A DNA stretch of 63,604 nucleotides, filler included, from Octopus bimaculoides (GCF_001194135.2; 5 parts of 5 records of this genome joined end to end with filler, not necessarily neighbours in it); one strand, 5' to 3'; shown: positions 1-13,320, counted from the first letter of the whole stretch. A program made the numbers and translations. Notes: a model not told the origin generated them from the sequence alone.

Positions 1-216
1 AACTACAGAAGGCTTGTGTTACATGGTTAAAGTATATATTTAAATTATGTCAGAAAAATGTAAGAAAAATTTTAGAAAAATGTTATAAAATCTTTTTGGG
101 ATATAAACATTGTATTTTGAGAAATAACCGGTTTCGTGTTGTCTTTTCAAATTTCTCTACTTCATTGTGTCGTGTTCGTTATATATATACATATATATAT
201 ACATATATATATACAT

Positions 217-436
217 GTGGCTGTGTGGTAAGTAGCTTGCTTACCAACCACATGGTTCCCGGTTCAGTCCCACTGCGTGGCACTTTGGGCAAGTGTCTTC
301 TACTATANNNNNNNNNNGGTTCCCGGTTCAGTCCCACTGCGTGGCACTTTGGGCAAGTGTCTTCTACTATAGCCTCGGGCAGACCAAAGCCTTGTGAGTG
401 GATTTGGTCGACGGAAACTGAAAGAAGACCGTCGTA
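217..436 (+). mobile_element. tRNA-derived CORE-type SINE (family A), partly duplicated across a 10-N gap
   Basis: A box TGGCTGTGTGG, B box GGTTCAGTCCC, CORE-like block CACTTTGGGCAAGTGTCTT; same sequence recurs at 28777, 35175, 36486, 36886, 39518 and 48903. Confidence 0.85.
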
Positions 437-496
437 TATATGTATATGTAGATATATATGTGTGTGTGTTTGTATGTCTGCGTTTGNNNNNNNNNN

Positions 497-530
<34 letters not shown>

Positions 531-589
531 GCCTATTTACCTATTTAGTATGTATAAGTATGTATACGTACATATATATGTATACATAT

Positions 590-1195
590 ATGTATGTATA
601 ATACAAAGAATATATATGCATGTATACACACATATATGTATATACTTACATCTACATGTGTATATAGATGCATATCAGGGTACAGGACGTTAGAACAATG
701 AACTACAGACAACGGAACGAATACATAGGAAAACAGAAAGCCACTTGGAATTATTCATCAGCTGCCTCTATTCTAACTAGACGTTTCGAAGATAAGGCAG
801 AACGTACCCTAGAATAGTCTCTTCCTGAGTAGTGGATCAACCCACTAAACAGAGGATTCCAAGGTGGCAAACGTAAACCAAGACGGGAAAAATTCGACAG
901 TGAAAACAACATAAAAAAGCCGTACGGCAAACGCGAATCTGATGTAGAACGCTAGTAGTTCGTCTTGCCTTCACAGCGGCTGGAGTGAAAAGAAAGTTGA
1001 CCAAAGGTCACACGAGAGCAGAGAGGATGGTGGAGGGAGGAAGTGGAACAAGGAGGAAGACACAGGAGTGTATAGCAGTGAAGTAGAAGTTAGAATAACA
1101 GAAAGAAGCAGAGCGAGAGGGGGAGATGGGTAAGAAGAAAGATAGATAGGTATATAGAGAGATAGATAGAAAGATAGAGGAAGACAGATAGATAA

Positions 1196-1227
<32 letters not shown>

Positions 1228-1315
1228 ATAGAGTCACGTCAGAATAATAAAGTACAGTCTTACTTGCAAAAAGGACGTGTGCGTTCAATGATGTAATAAT
1301 ACAAAGAATATATAT
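590..1315 (-). mobile_element. Penelope-like terminal-repeat (pLTR) remnant
   Basis: Bracketed by the direct repeat ATAATACAAAGAATATATAT (about 598 and 1297); contains a hammerhead-like fold at 776-833. Confidence 0.45.
776..833 (-). ncRNA. Degenerate minimal type-I hammerhead-like motif
   Basis: Minus strand reads ACTA-CTCAGGA-AGAG...CTTC-GAA-ACGT-C-TAGT; helix I ACTA/TAGT, palindromic ACGT helix III; G5 is replaced by C, so probably inactive. Confidence 0.45.
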
Positions 1316-3916
1316 NNNNNNNNNNNNNNNNNNNNNNNNNNNNNNNNNNNNNNNNNNNNNNNNNNNNNNNNNNNNNNNNNNNNNNNNNNNNNNNNNNNNN
1401 NNNNNNNNNNNNNNNNNNNNNNNNNNNNNNNNNNNNNNNNNNNNNNNNNNNNNNNNNNNNNNNNNNNNNNNNNNNNNNNNNNNNNNNNNNNNNNNNNNNN
1501 NNNNNNNNNNNNNNNNNNNNNNNNNNNNNNNNNNNNNNNNNNNNNNNNNNNNNNNNNNNNNNNNNNNNNNNNNNNNNNNNNNNNNNNNNNNNNNNNNNNN
1601 NNNNNNNNNNNNNNNNNNNNNNNNNNNNNNNNNNNNNNNNNNNNNNNNNNNNNNNNNNNNNNNNNNNNNNNNNNNNNNNNNNNNNNNNNNNNNNNNNNNN
1701 NNNNNNNNNNNNNNNNNNNNNNNNNNNNNNNNNNNNNNNNNNNNNNNNNNNNNNNNNNNNNNNNNNNNNNNNNNNNNNNNNNNNNNNNNNNNNNNNNNNN
1801 NNNNNNNNNNNNNNNNNNNNNNNNNNNNNNNNNNNNNNNNNNNNNNNNNNNNNNNNNNNNNNNNNNNNNNNNNNNNNNNNNNNNNNNNNATATATAATTT
1901 GAGTTAAGAAATAATTAAGATTCATTTGAATTAGGTACTTAAGTTGAAGCACCAAGTCAGTCCAGTATTGTCCGCACAGCTCGAAGTTAGGTGAATAAAA
2001 AGCAAAAAATTATATATAGGGGCAGGGAAGAATATCTGCCATTAATTAATTTATTACCAACAACAAGAACTTAACTGTCAATTCCCAGTGGTTTTAATTC
2101 TAAGGGGATGTAGACTGCTTGCTGCATTGGGTCTGTTGAATGTGATAAGGATAAAAATGAATGTAGCTAAATCACCATTTATCTTTATTGACACCCATTA
2201 TTTCCTTCTGCCACTCTAAATTATAGTTTGGTATTCTTTCCCTAAATTCATTCTGCTACAATAATAGCAAAAAGAAGCAATGTATTTCAGTCTCTAGTAT
2301 TGAGGAAAAATTTGCTAAAAAATTATAATGGAGTATCTTGTATGTTGGAAATTTATGCAGTCGTACATTCCCGAGGAAAGCAGTCTATTTCAAATTGATG
2401 TAATGTTTGCATTGATCAATTAAATGGAGCCGCTTGAAACGGCCGTAATGCACAATGACCCGGACATCCTCGTTACTTCTTTGCTTTATATAGAAAAATT
2501 GCAGTTACTGGATGATAACCATGCGAATCACTAGATCTGTAGTGGATTAATTCCTTGAGTTCCTATATTCAATTTGGCTGCAGAACCACGGTCTCATTTG
2601 CTGTTTAATTTTCAGAATGAAAAAGTACTCTAGGGAATGAAGCTGATGCGTGTAAAACCATTCTTTCTTGTTTACAAAGACTAAACTATGTAGTGTACAA
2701 GATTAAAAAATACATTTGTTTTTAAAATTAACCGAAGATGTGGACGTTCTCTCGTATCTATTAACTTACGGGTGGATGGAACGGCAACAAAGCGGCCTTT
2801 ACAACTCCGTTCATTTTCACGGCTTACATAAGTTTCTTGCACCTTGCAACCCATTGCGACGGGGGCATCAGACGTACAAAATGTTAATCTTTGAAGTCAT
2901 CTCAAATCCATCTCTTGTCTACAAAGTGACTTAGTTACTGGGTGGTGGTGGTGCAGAACACTGGTGGTTTAGACGGTGGATTAGAAACAAAAATAAATAA
3001 ACACTTCAAAGTAAATCCTTTGTATTATTTGCTTTTTTTTAAAGGATAGGATTTGATTTCATAATTATAGATTATGTAACTAAATTCTGAATCTTTTAGA
3101 AGCTTTTACACTAAATACTTTCTGTTCATTAAACCTACCAAAATTTGCTTTCAGGTAAATAAGAACGTGGCTGTATGTGAAGTGAGAATACGACATTATA
3201 GATGTGATACGAATCGGGTGGGGGAAATATCTACTCTCTATACAAATAATCTGTTTCCATTCTCCTAAAATGCAGTGATATCAGTATACACACTCGCACA
3301 CATACATAGTCACAAAAGAGTCGTAACAATAAAATATAAAAGAAACAAAAAATTATTACTGTATGACATTTATAGAAAACTATTGGTGATAAACATAAAT
3401 TTTATATTTGGTGAAGTCAAACATAAAATACAACCGTTTGTAAACACTGTCTTTGAGATTCTAGAAGACGATAAAATATTGAAGTATATTATACACAGTA
3501 AGAAATATAGATTTAACACTTTGGCACAATTAAAATACAGACATTATTGTTTTTTCCAATTCTTCTTATTGATAATAAAAAAAGTTTTCAAAAAAACGTA
3601 TCGTAAATAATAAATTATTGGATTCTAACATCGACATAAGGCTATAAATTATATGAGAGAGGATTTTTATATTCAATTAAATCGACTACTGTAGTTCATT
3701 GGCACTTATCTCGGTCAAGCACTGAACGAATGGTGAAGTTGACATCGGTAGAATTTGCTAAATAAAGCGCAGAGCGTTGCTAAACATTTTGTTCAGTGTT
3801 CTATTTCGGTTCTTTTGGACGATGAAGATTCATTTGTTCAATCAACTGAATCACTTAGTCCTTAAATTTACGTGTAAGTTGTTCAACATCCTACAGATTC
3901 ACAGGTATAATCTATT

Positions 3917-4087
3917 AGAGAGTGAAGTGGAGGAATGAAAATAAACGTGAGATATGCAGGGATATTGCATCTGTAGATCCATTAATTAGGCAGAATGGTA
4001 TACATATAAGATTCCAATATAATGGATCTATAGATGCAATATCCCTGCATATATCATGTCTGTTTTCATTCCTCCACTTCACTCTCT
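3917..4087. repeat. 68-bp inverted repeat with 35-bp spacer
   Basis: Arm 3917-3984 AGAGAGTGAAGTGGAGG...GATCCATTA is the reverse complement of 4020-4087 with about 5 mismatches. Confidence 0.95.
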
Positions 4088-4136
4088 ATTTCGTATCTTA
4101 TCTAGAATAACTATTGCTTAACCATCTTCTCACACC

Positions 4137-4184
4137 GTCTCCGACGAAGGGATCTATGAATTATCCTGGAAACTGCTGTAAGAC
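4137..4184 (+). ncRNA. Minimal type-I hammerhead-ribozyme-like motif in Penelope-like terminal repeat
   Basis: GTCT-CCGACGA-A-GGGAT(loop)ATCCT-G-GAA-ACTGCTGT-A-AGAC; helix I GTCT/AGAC, helix II GGGAT/ATCCT, near-palindromic helix III. Confidence 0.6.
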
Positions 4185-5339
4185 CTATTTATAAATGTTC
4201 TAAAATCTTTCACAACCTTGGATTTTAATCTCATTCTGAAATCTCTCTCTCTCTCTCTCTCTCTNNNNNNNNNNNNNNNNNNNNNNNNNNNNNNNNNNNN
4301 NNNNNNNNNNNNNNNNNNNNNNNNNNNNNNNNNNNNNNNNNNNNNNNNNNNNNNNNNNNNNNNNNNNNNNNNNNNNNNNNNNNNNNNNNNNNNNNNNNNN
4401 NNNNNNNNNNNNNNNNNNNNNNNNNNNNNNNNNNNNNNNNNNNNNNNNNNNNNNNNNNNNNNNNNNNNNNNNNNNNNNNNNNNNNNNNNNNNNNNNNNNN
4501 NNNNNNNNNNNNNNNNNNNNNNNNNNNNNNNNNNNNNNNNNNNNNNNNNNNNNNNNNNNNNNNNNNNNNNNNNNNNNNNNNNNNNNNNNNNNNNNNNNNN
4601 NNNNNNNNNNNNNNNNNNNNNNNNNNNNNNNNNNNNNNNNNNNNNNNNNNNNNNNNNNNNNNNNNNNNNNNNNNNNNNNNNNNNNNNNNNNNNNNNNNNN
4701 NNNNNNNNNNNNNNNNNNNNNNNNNNNNNNNNNNNNNNNNNNNNNNNNNNNNNNNNNNNNNNNNNNNNNNNNNNNNNNNNNNNNNNNNNNNNNNNNNNNN
4801 NNNNNNNNNNNNNNNNNNNNNNNNNNNNNNNNNNNNNNNNNNNNNNNNNNNNNNNNNNNNNNNNNNNNNNNNNNNNNNNNNNNNNNNNNNNNNNNNNNNN
4901 NNNNNNNNNNNNNNNNNNNNNNNNNNNNNNATATATATGTATGTATATATATATGTAACAAAGTAAACTTGCAAGGTACCACACGAGTGAAAATATATAG
5001 GAAAGAGGGTTTGAAAATGCAGAGGTCTTTTAAAGATGTTTATTGACTTGACCGGTTTCACTTTTTTTTAAAAAGAAAAATTATCAAAAGTAAAATGTAA
5101 AGCTTGGTATAGGCTTTGTTGTGTTCAAAAATGGTTATCATAATTTTATTAGAATTATATAGAATTTTATAAGAATTATGGATGTATAACTAATTTATTT
5201 GTATGATATTTTGAGGTTGAAAGTTCTTTTTATAAAAACAATGCAAATGAATTATAAGCTGAAAAGATCTAAAAGAAATAGCAGATGCCAAAAACCTCCA
5301 TATTAAACTTCAAGTACTCTAATAAGCAGCTAAATTCAG

Positions 5340-6350
5340 TTAGCATGCGCAATCGTTAGATACCTGACACTTGAACGTAGTTCGATGCCAACTTGCGACG
5401 ATGCTGTGTGCTTGAAAATAGTGAACCAAAGCAATCTTTATGGATAACTCATGCTTTTATATTAAAATATAAAAAAACGTAAGAAAGTGATGGAAACCAG
5501 CAGGAAGATATGAAATGTGTACGGAGAGGATACTTTTACGGAATGTGTGCGCCTGAAATAGTTTTCAACATTTCCATGGAGAAATGTTTCAGTACAGAAC
5601 GCAGCTTGCTTTGGCTGGCCAACTGAGAACAACAGAACCACCATCCCTGTTATACGTGCAGGATGATCAGATATATTCTCCAAATATTCCCTTTCGGGTG
5701 TTAAAAACTATCTGCATCGACTTGGTTATGTCAGCAGGCTCAATGTTTGGGTCTTGCATTAAAGAAATGAGGCTAACCACGACCAACTGGTTTCCATCTG
5801 CGATTCGATGCAGAAACGTGAAGAAGGTTATGCTTTCAATTTGGTGGGATTGAAAGGGTGTTATCTTTTAGAAGCTTCTTTCCACAGACACGCTTATCAA
5901 TTCGGATGTGTACTGTGACCAGCTGGATACACATAGAACTCAGCGGTCCATCAGAAGCGTCCAGCACTTAGTAATCGTAAGCGCGTTGTCTTTCATCACG
6001 ACAATGCCACACCACACACTTCTTTGTAGATGCGGCAGAAGTTATAGTAACTTGGGATATTTTGTTGTATCATCCATATTTACCCGACGTTGGGTCTTTA
6101 GAGTTAAACCTGCTTTGGTGTCTTCAAAATACATTGAGTTGAAAGAACTTCAGCTCTGAAGAGGTTGTAAAAATTTGCCAGTAAAGACAGAACATTCTTT
6201 TAACAAGGAATAATGGATCTACCCATAAGATGGCAGAAGATACTGGAATGAAACAGTAATTATATCATTGATTGAATAAATCGCTTTGTGTTTAAAACTT
6301 TGCTTTATCTTTGCTTAAAAATCCGAAGCAACTTTTTGCTCAACCCTTTA
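5340..6350 (+). mobile_element. Mariner transposon remnant (internally deleted, many stops and frameshifts)
   Basis: Stitched translation gives an HTH region (VYGEDT), LHRLGYVSRLNVWV, KKVMLSIWWD, KRVVFHHDNA, HPYLPD and a C-terminal RWQKIL; TIR-like end AAAATCCGAAGCAACTTTTTGCTCAACCC near 6320-6345. Confidence 0.9.
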
Positions 6351-6385
6351 TGCATGTACGTACTTACGTACGTCCTATGTATGCA

Positions 6386-6419
<34 letters not shown>

Positions 6420-7072
6420 NNNNNNNNNNNNNNNNNNNNNNNNNNNNNNNNNNNNNNNNNNNNNNNNNNNNNNNNNNNNNNNNNNNNNNNNNNNNNNNNN
6501 NNNNNNNNNNNNNNNNNNNNNNNNNNNNNNNNNNNNNNNNNNNNNNNNNNNNNNNNNNNNNNNNNNNNNNNNNNNNNNNNNNNNNNNNNNNNNNNNNNNN
6601 NNNNNNNNNNNNNNNNNNNNNNNNNNNNNNNNNNNNNNNNNNNNNNNNNNNNNNNNNNNNNNNNNNNNNNNNNNNNNNNNNNNNNNNNNNNNNNNNNNNN
6701 NNNNNNNNNNNNNNNNNNNNNNNNNNNNNNNNNNNNNNNNNNNNNNNNNNNNNNNNNNNNNNNNNNNNNNNNNNNNNNNNNNNNNNNNNNNNNNNNNNNN
6801 NNNNNNNNNNNNNNNNNNNNNNNNNNNNNNNNNNNNNNNNNNNNNNNNNNNNNNNNNNNNNNNNNNNNNNNNNNNNNNNNNNNNNNNNNNNNNNNNNNNN
6901 NNNNNNNNNNNNNNNNNNNNNNNNNNNNNNNNNNNNNNNNNNNNNNNNNNNNNNNNNNNNNNNNNNNNNNNNNNNNNNNNNNNNNNNNNNNNNNNNNNNN
7001 NNNNNNNNNNNNNNNNNNNNNNNNNNNNNNNNNNNNNNNNATATGTATGTGTGTGTGTCTGTGAGAGAGAGC

Positions 7073-7151
<79 letters not shown>

Positions 7152-7274
7152 CACACATATGTATACATAGACATATACACACACTCATGCATACACATAT
7201 TCACACACAAATAGAATATATGTGAGAAAGTTTGTAATATATAAATATATTTGTGCATATATGTTAGTGTGCGT

Positions 7275-7305
<31 letters not shown>

Positions 7306-7433
7306 CGTGAGAGTATGTGTTGTATATACGTATGTATGTATCTATAGCATTTTACCTAAAACATAATATATATATATATATATATAGAGCGTGCGAGTGA
7401 AAGAGAGAGACAGAGGAACAGACATACAGAGAT

Positions 7434-7478
<45 letters not shown>

Positions 7479-7830
7479 ATGTCAAAGAGAGGGAAAGCAA
7501 GAGCAATGATGATGAGGGGGTTACTGGTAAATTTTTAACAGTTTCTGTCCAAAGTTTACTGATGAAGTTGTTGCCAAAAACTGGAAATACCTTTCGTTGG
7601 TTGCTTTTCGATTATCAAGAAAACGAGAAATTAATAAGAAAAACTCTTTGATCTTTGCGATGATTAGTGATATACTCTGAGATTTATTGAAGGCAGACTG
7701 AAAACAAAAAGAATTCAAGTTGTTAGCTATGAATCGTTTACTTCTATTTATGCCTCATTTTCGATTCTCCATTCGCCGCTTTTCACCTATTACGTACATA
7801 TTTGAGACAAAGGAAACCTAACCTTGCACT

Positions 7831-7866
<36 letters not shown>

Positions 7867-8784
7867 CACATGGACACACGAACACATATTTACGTATGTG
7901 CGTGTGTAAATCGATGGATGTGTACATATGTATATATGCATGTGTAGGTTTATATATATATATGTTTATATATATGCTTATATATATTTATATATATATA
8001 TATTATATTTATGCATATATATATATATATATAAAATATATATGTATACATTTATGTACATATATATGTATATATATTCACATGCATAAACAGATCTTTA
8101 TATATATATATGTATATATATATGTAGAGTTATATCTATCTATCTATCTATATGTATATATGTACTACGTATACTTAAACACACTTACTTGCATACACAC
8201 GCACACACACACACACACACACACGCACGCACGCACACACATACACATACACACGTGCATCGTTTGATGCTGGCTGCTGTATGTAAATGCCTCATTTTCT
8301 CCCCTCATTCGCTGACTCCGCCATTTTACAGCCGGCAACTTATCTAACATTACATGAAAGGCTGAAAATATTTTCAACAATCTGACCACTTAGCATTGAT
8401 TGACCTTTATCATAACTGGCAAAATGTTATTTGATTCACATCTTAATTCTTCACTTTTTCTCATTCGTTACCTTCCCCGTCTCATCTTCCTTTTTCCATT
8501 TTTTTGTTATTTTTTTTTGCTTTTTCATTTTGTATTTTGTTTAATTTACATTTGTTTTCTTTCTCTCTTTCTTTCCTTCAAGTTATTTCTGAGTGCTCAT
8601 TTGTTTTCGTTTGCTTTCTAATGTTTTTGTCTCACCAACTCTCCGTTGTCTACCTTTCTCATATCCAACATATTCACACACAAACGCGCGCTCACGCATA
8701 CACACACTTGAACAATAATACATTTAATGAACATTTCACAGATATATATATATATGTATGTACGTATATATACACACACACACA

Positions 8785-8827
<43 letters not shown>

Positions 8828-8992
8828 TTATATATACATATATATATATACATACATATATATAACAGTAAAGCTAATTGAAAGTTTTAACTTAACAGCA
8901 ATATTCAATCAAACTCATATAGTTCACGTTATTGAGGTGTCAATGCGTAAATTGAAAAGTACAGAATTCTACCTATATATANNNNNNNNNNN

Positions 8993-9047
<55 letters not shown>

Positions 9048-9363
9048 TACGTATACATATATACATACATAACATACACACTCAAACATACACATGCATA
9101 TGCACATACACATGCGTACGAAAACACACACACATATATATATAAATGCACACATATATATGTGCGTGTGTGTGTATACATATGTATATGTTACTTAGTG
9201 TGTGTGTATATATGTTACCTTGTGTCTGTGCGTAGTGTCTGAATGCACTCATAGTTACACGTGGGCATACATACACGCGCACACATATTTGCACACATGT
9301 AGACGAATATATATACTTGAATATGTATTTCAGTATGCATGCATTGCGCACGCATACATAAAC

Positions 9364-9403
<40 letters not shown>

Positions 9404-10810
9404 TATATATCAATCAATGTGTATTATACACACACATATGGATCATACACAACTATGGCTACTTATCTATGCTGAGAAAATTGGCTAACTCTTTAGACAC
9501 TCGTTTGTCTTTCACTGAAGAATTATAACGAACACAAAAATCTCTGTAATCTTACCCAAAGAAAACGAAAGTGACAGCTACAAGAGAAAAGATCAGGTTG
9601 AAAGGAAGGTGCAGAGAGAGAGAGAGAGAGAGGGAGAGGGAGAGGAGGAGGAGGAGGAGAGAGAGAGAGGGGGAGAGAGAAAGAGAGAGGGGAGAGAGAG
9701 GAGAAAGAGAGGGAGAAAGAGCGAAGGAAAGATTTCTTTATTCTTAAGCTTATATAAAGATACACAGATGTATACAGTTTATTATCAGCACTACCCATCT
9801 CGATTAGTTCTATTAGCCATTAACAATTTTTCCGGAAGCCGCGAGCCATATCATATCTTTTTAACTCACACCTAAATGAAGCTACGTATTTAACGACCGA
9901 GTAATAACTAAAAATAAGTACCGTTTAAAGCAAGGTTTCACTTTAAATGGTGTAGTCAACATTGCATACATACATAAATACATTAGCACTCACAAACACA
10001 CACAGATGTATAATATATACATGCATATATGTCTGAATGTATGTGTGTCTATATACATATGTATATCAGTTACACTCGGAGCTATAATTTTCTTCCGTAT
10101 TATTATCTAGTATTTTCAAATTCCTTTTTGGCTAACATTTTGCCAACCATTTTGCAATATTTTTCACATACCTCTTTATTAACACTTATTTATGTATTTA
10201 TGTATTCATTTATTCATATATCTATTTATTTATTCATTTATTTTTACTTCTTTTCATAAGCTTCATACCTAATGCTGGCATTTTCACCATTTACCGTTCA
10301 TTTAACATTACTTTGGCGCAAACCTTTTTATAGAATTATATAATTTAATATGACCAATAGCAAACCGTTTATTAAAGTCATTTTTGTTTCTTGTTTGAAT
10401 TTCGTTTCGTTTGGTTCTTTTATTTTTTAAATATCCCAATTGTGTATAGCAAAGTAGTCGACGGGTTTGGCAAGAGAGCTAACTGGTCACTATTTTCAGA
10501 CATCGTTAAATGTATAGATTTCCTCTCCTTGAAGTTATATCTATTTGCATAATATCATTTCTATTCCTAAAGACATATTACAGTTTATCGTGACCAATTC
10601 AAAGTCCATTTTTTTTTATTCTTTTATTGAGATAATATTTTCTTAACAGCGATTTACCGTTCCGGTTGTTCGTTAGGCAGAAGCTACGTTAGAATATTAT
10701 GTAACCAAAGCTGTTATTTATTTCCTCAATCATGTAAATATACAGACATACACCCGTGCGTACTCATGCCTACATATATACATACATACATATATATATG
10801 TATATATACA

Positions 10811-10859
<49 letters not shown>

Positions 10860-10959
10860 NNNNNNNNNNNNNNNNNNNNNNNNNNNNNNNNNNNNNNNNN
10901 NNNTTAATTAATTAANNNNNNNNNNNNNNNNNNNNNNNNNNNNNNNNNNNNNNNNNNNN
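10860..10959. other. Artificial scaffold linker N44-TTAATTAATTAA-N44
   Basis: Exactly 100 bp with stop codons in all six frames; the same construct recurs at 26471, 55720 and 62426. Confidence 0.95.
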
Positions 10960-11090
10960 TAATAATAATAATAATAATAATGATAATAATAATAATAATA
11001 ATGATAATAATAATAATGATGATGATGATGATGATAATAATAATAATAATAATAATAATAATATTAATAATAATGATGATGATGATGATG

Positions 11091-11145
<55 letters not shown>

Positions 11146-11192
11146 CCGCAGTGCTTCTGCTGCAGATGGTGGAAAAAAGCAACCCGGTTTCT

Positions 11193-11240
<48 letters not shown>

Positions 11241-12149
11241 TGTATGTATGTATGCGTGTGTGTGTATGTATGTAGACGTGCACACTCTCACGCTCACACA
11301 TTAAGTCGAAAAAAGATATATTAATCAGCCATGTGACATGATCAAAGGAAGAAGCGATTATTTGATTTTGCACTTGAATAACCGATAGATATGTGTGTGT
11401 GTTTGTCTTTGTGTGTGTGTGTGTGTGTGTGTGTGGCTTAGTTGATGGTGTAAGATGTTGGTGCATAGTGGTAGGTGTGGTGCTGGTAGTGGGGAAACAC
11501 GAGCAGAACCTGCCTATAGGTAAATAGTGAAAATAGTGAAAATATGTAATGATTATTTCTATACATTTGTATGTGCATGTGTTCGTTTATATATATATAT
11601 ATATATATNNNNNNNNNNNNNNNNNNNNNNNNNNNNNNNNNNNNNNNNNNNNNNNNNNNTGTATGTATGTATACGCACACACATATATGTACATACATAT
11701 ACATATAAGTTGCAAGGTATATATATACACATATATAAGCACAGGTGTGTGCGTGTGAGTGTGTGTATTGTGTGTGTGAATTCCAATTTTAATGTTGATT
11801 TCGGCGATTCGAACATCTTTGCAAATTCCTTTTTGCATAATAAAATTGAGCGAATGTGTGTTCTTAATATTCCGGCTGTTTCCGCATTTCACCGGTTTCT
11901 GTTCTATGGTTTATAGAAACAACATCAGTTTTACGATTTTCTTCGTATTCCTGTTGACGAAGGCTTCACATGACCATTAGTGTATGTGATGAGCTTGCTA
12001 CCAGAAACCCAGTGTATTCAGAGATTGGGCTCACTGTATGTGCGCACGCGCGCACACATAAACACTGACACATACACATACATATATATGTGTATATGTA
12101 TGTTTTTCTTGTTCTCTTTTTAATTTAGGCTTAATTTTGACCGGCCACC

Positions 12150-13080
12150 TACTTGGTAGCAAGGTTACGATTGAACGCATCTTGTTCTAACCAGTATCCG
12201 TTAAGGAGTTACGTTCTCTCCTCAAGGACCCAAGTTCAGCCATATCTTGCTGCAGGTGGCCTGGTACGTATTCTGTTGTTCCAATAATAATAGGCAAGAA
12301 GCTGAAAGTGTATCTTAGATACTGGGTTTGCAAACTTCTTATCAATGATCCATAGATGTCCTCTTTCTCTTGGTCTTTTCTTAACTCTATTGGTGTACAG
12401 AGCATAGCTGATTTCCACATGAGAGCATATATTTCCCAACAATATCTGGCTGGTTGTATTTTAACTGGGTGGTGGTTCCACCATTATTCTTTTAACGCAT
12501 TGATCTCTATAGAGTTGTAGTGGCGCGAAATTATGGCTGCCATTAAGGAAGTACAATCTACGCATGCGCAAGGGACTTGACTTCCCGGAAGCCCCTCGAG
12601 TGCGCATGCGTATTAAAACCAGTACTTAAAGCGCTTCGCGCGCTTTCTAACCCTCTTTAGCGTGATGTTTTCGACGTGACAACTACTTGCTTCTTTGGCA
12701 TACCTCAATGAAGCTCTTAATATCCAGATGCCGATCATAAGTTAACCAGTGGCTTCTAAGCTGAATAATACAGGACTTGTAAAACCAAGCATCACCAAAA
12801 ATAAAACTTATTTTCATTATGTTGTTAATTGTTCTACTGTTTCTTAATATATAATGTCTCTATTGCAACTATCAACCTTTTACAGAGTCAACTTCGTCAG
12901 TTAATGCTTTCTTTTTCCTTATCCTGTTCCAGACTGTCCAGGTTTTTGCATCATGCCTCATAGGAAGATAATATCTGGAAGACATTCTCGCATAGTTTGC
13001 AGTTATGTGGTCGATGTCTTCAGTCTTGGCTTTGTACAACCGTCATTTGTTGTCCGTCAATATTTTCTGCCGGCTCAAGA
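12150..13080 (-). mobile_element. R4/Dong-type non-LTR retrotransposon C-terminal remnant (zinc knuckle and REL endonuclease), split by an insert
   Basis: 12900-13080 reads DNKxRL..EDIDHI..MSSRYYLPMRHD; 12150-12495 reads WWN..PDIV..VEIS..EKEDIYGSLIRSLQ..FLPIIIG; homologous to the 48010-48790 copy. Confidence 0.8.
12500..12660. promoter_or_regulatory. CpG-rich promoter-like motif cluster
   Basis: E2F TGGCGCGAAA 12521-12530; YY1-like ATGGCTGCC 12533; ETS GGAAGT 12547 and CCGGAAG 12585; NRF1 CGCATGCGCA 12561 and TGCGCATGCG 12601; TATTAAAA 12611. Confidence 0.5.
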
Positions 13081-13287
13081 CGGCGAGCTGGCAGAAACGT
13101 TAGCACCCTGGGCGAAACGCTAAGTGGTATTTCGCCTGTCTTTACGTTCTGTGTTCAAATTCCGCCGAAGTCAACTTTGCCTTTCATACTTTCAGGGTCG
13201 ATAAATTAAGTATCAGTTGCGAACTGGGATCGACGTAATCGACTGGCCCCTCCCACAGAATTTCGGGCCTTGTGCCTAGAGTAGGAA
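13081..13287 (+). mobile_element. tRNA-derived SINE family B (central block resembles the Meta-SINE domain)
   Basis: Head GGCGAGCTGGCAGAAACGTTAGC, B box GTTCAAATTCC, central block ACTTTGCCTTTCAT..GGGTCGATAAATTAAGTA; more than ten copies in the window. Confidence 0.85.
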
Positions 13288-13320
13288 CCACCCCCCCACC
13301 AATACTTTCTACCTTTTTGA

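Noticed and set aside
247-367. Tandem duplication of a SINE segment
   Set aside because: Straddles a 10-N gap; most likely unmerged contig overlap.
2770-2854. Minus-strand MGCKVQ first-exon candidate with GTAAGT donor
   Set aside because: No in-frame downstream exon found and no recognisable protein.
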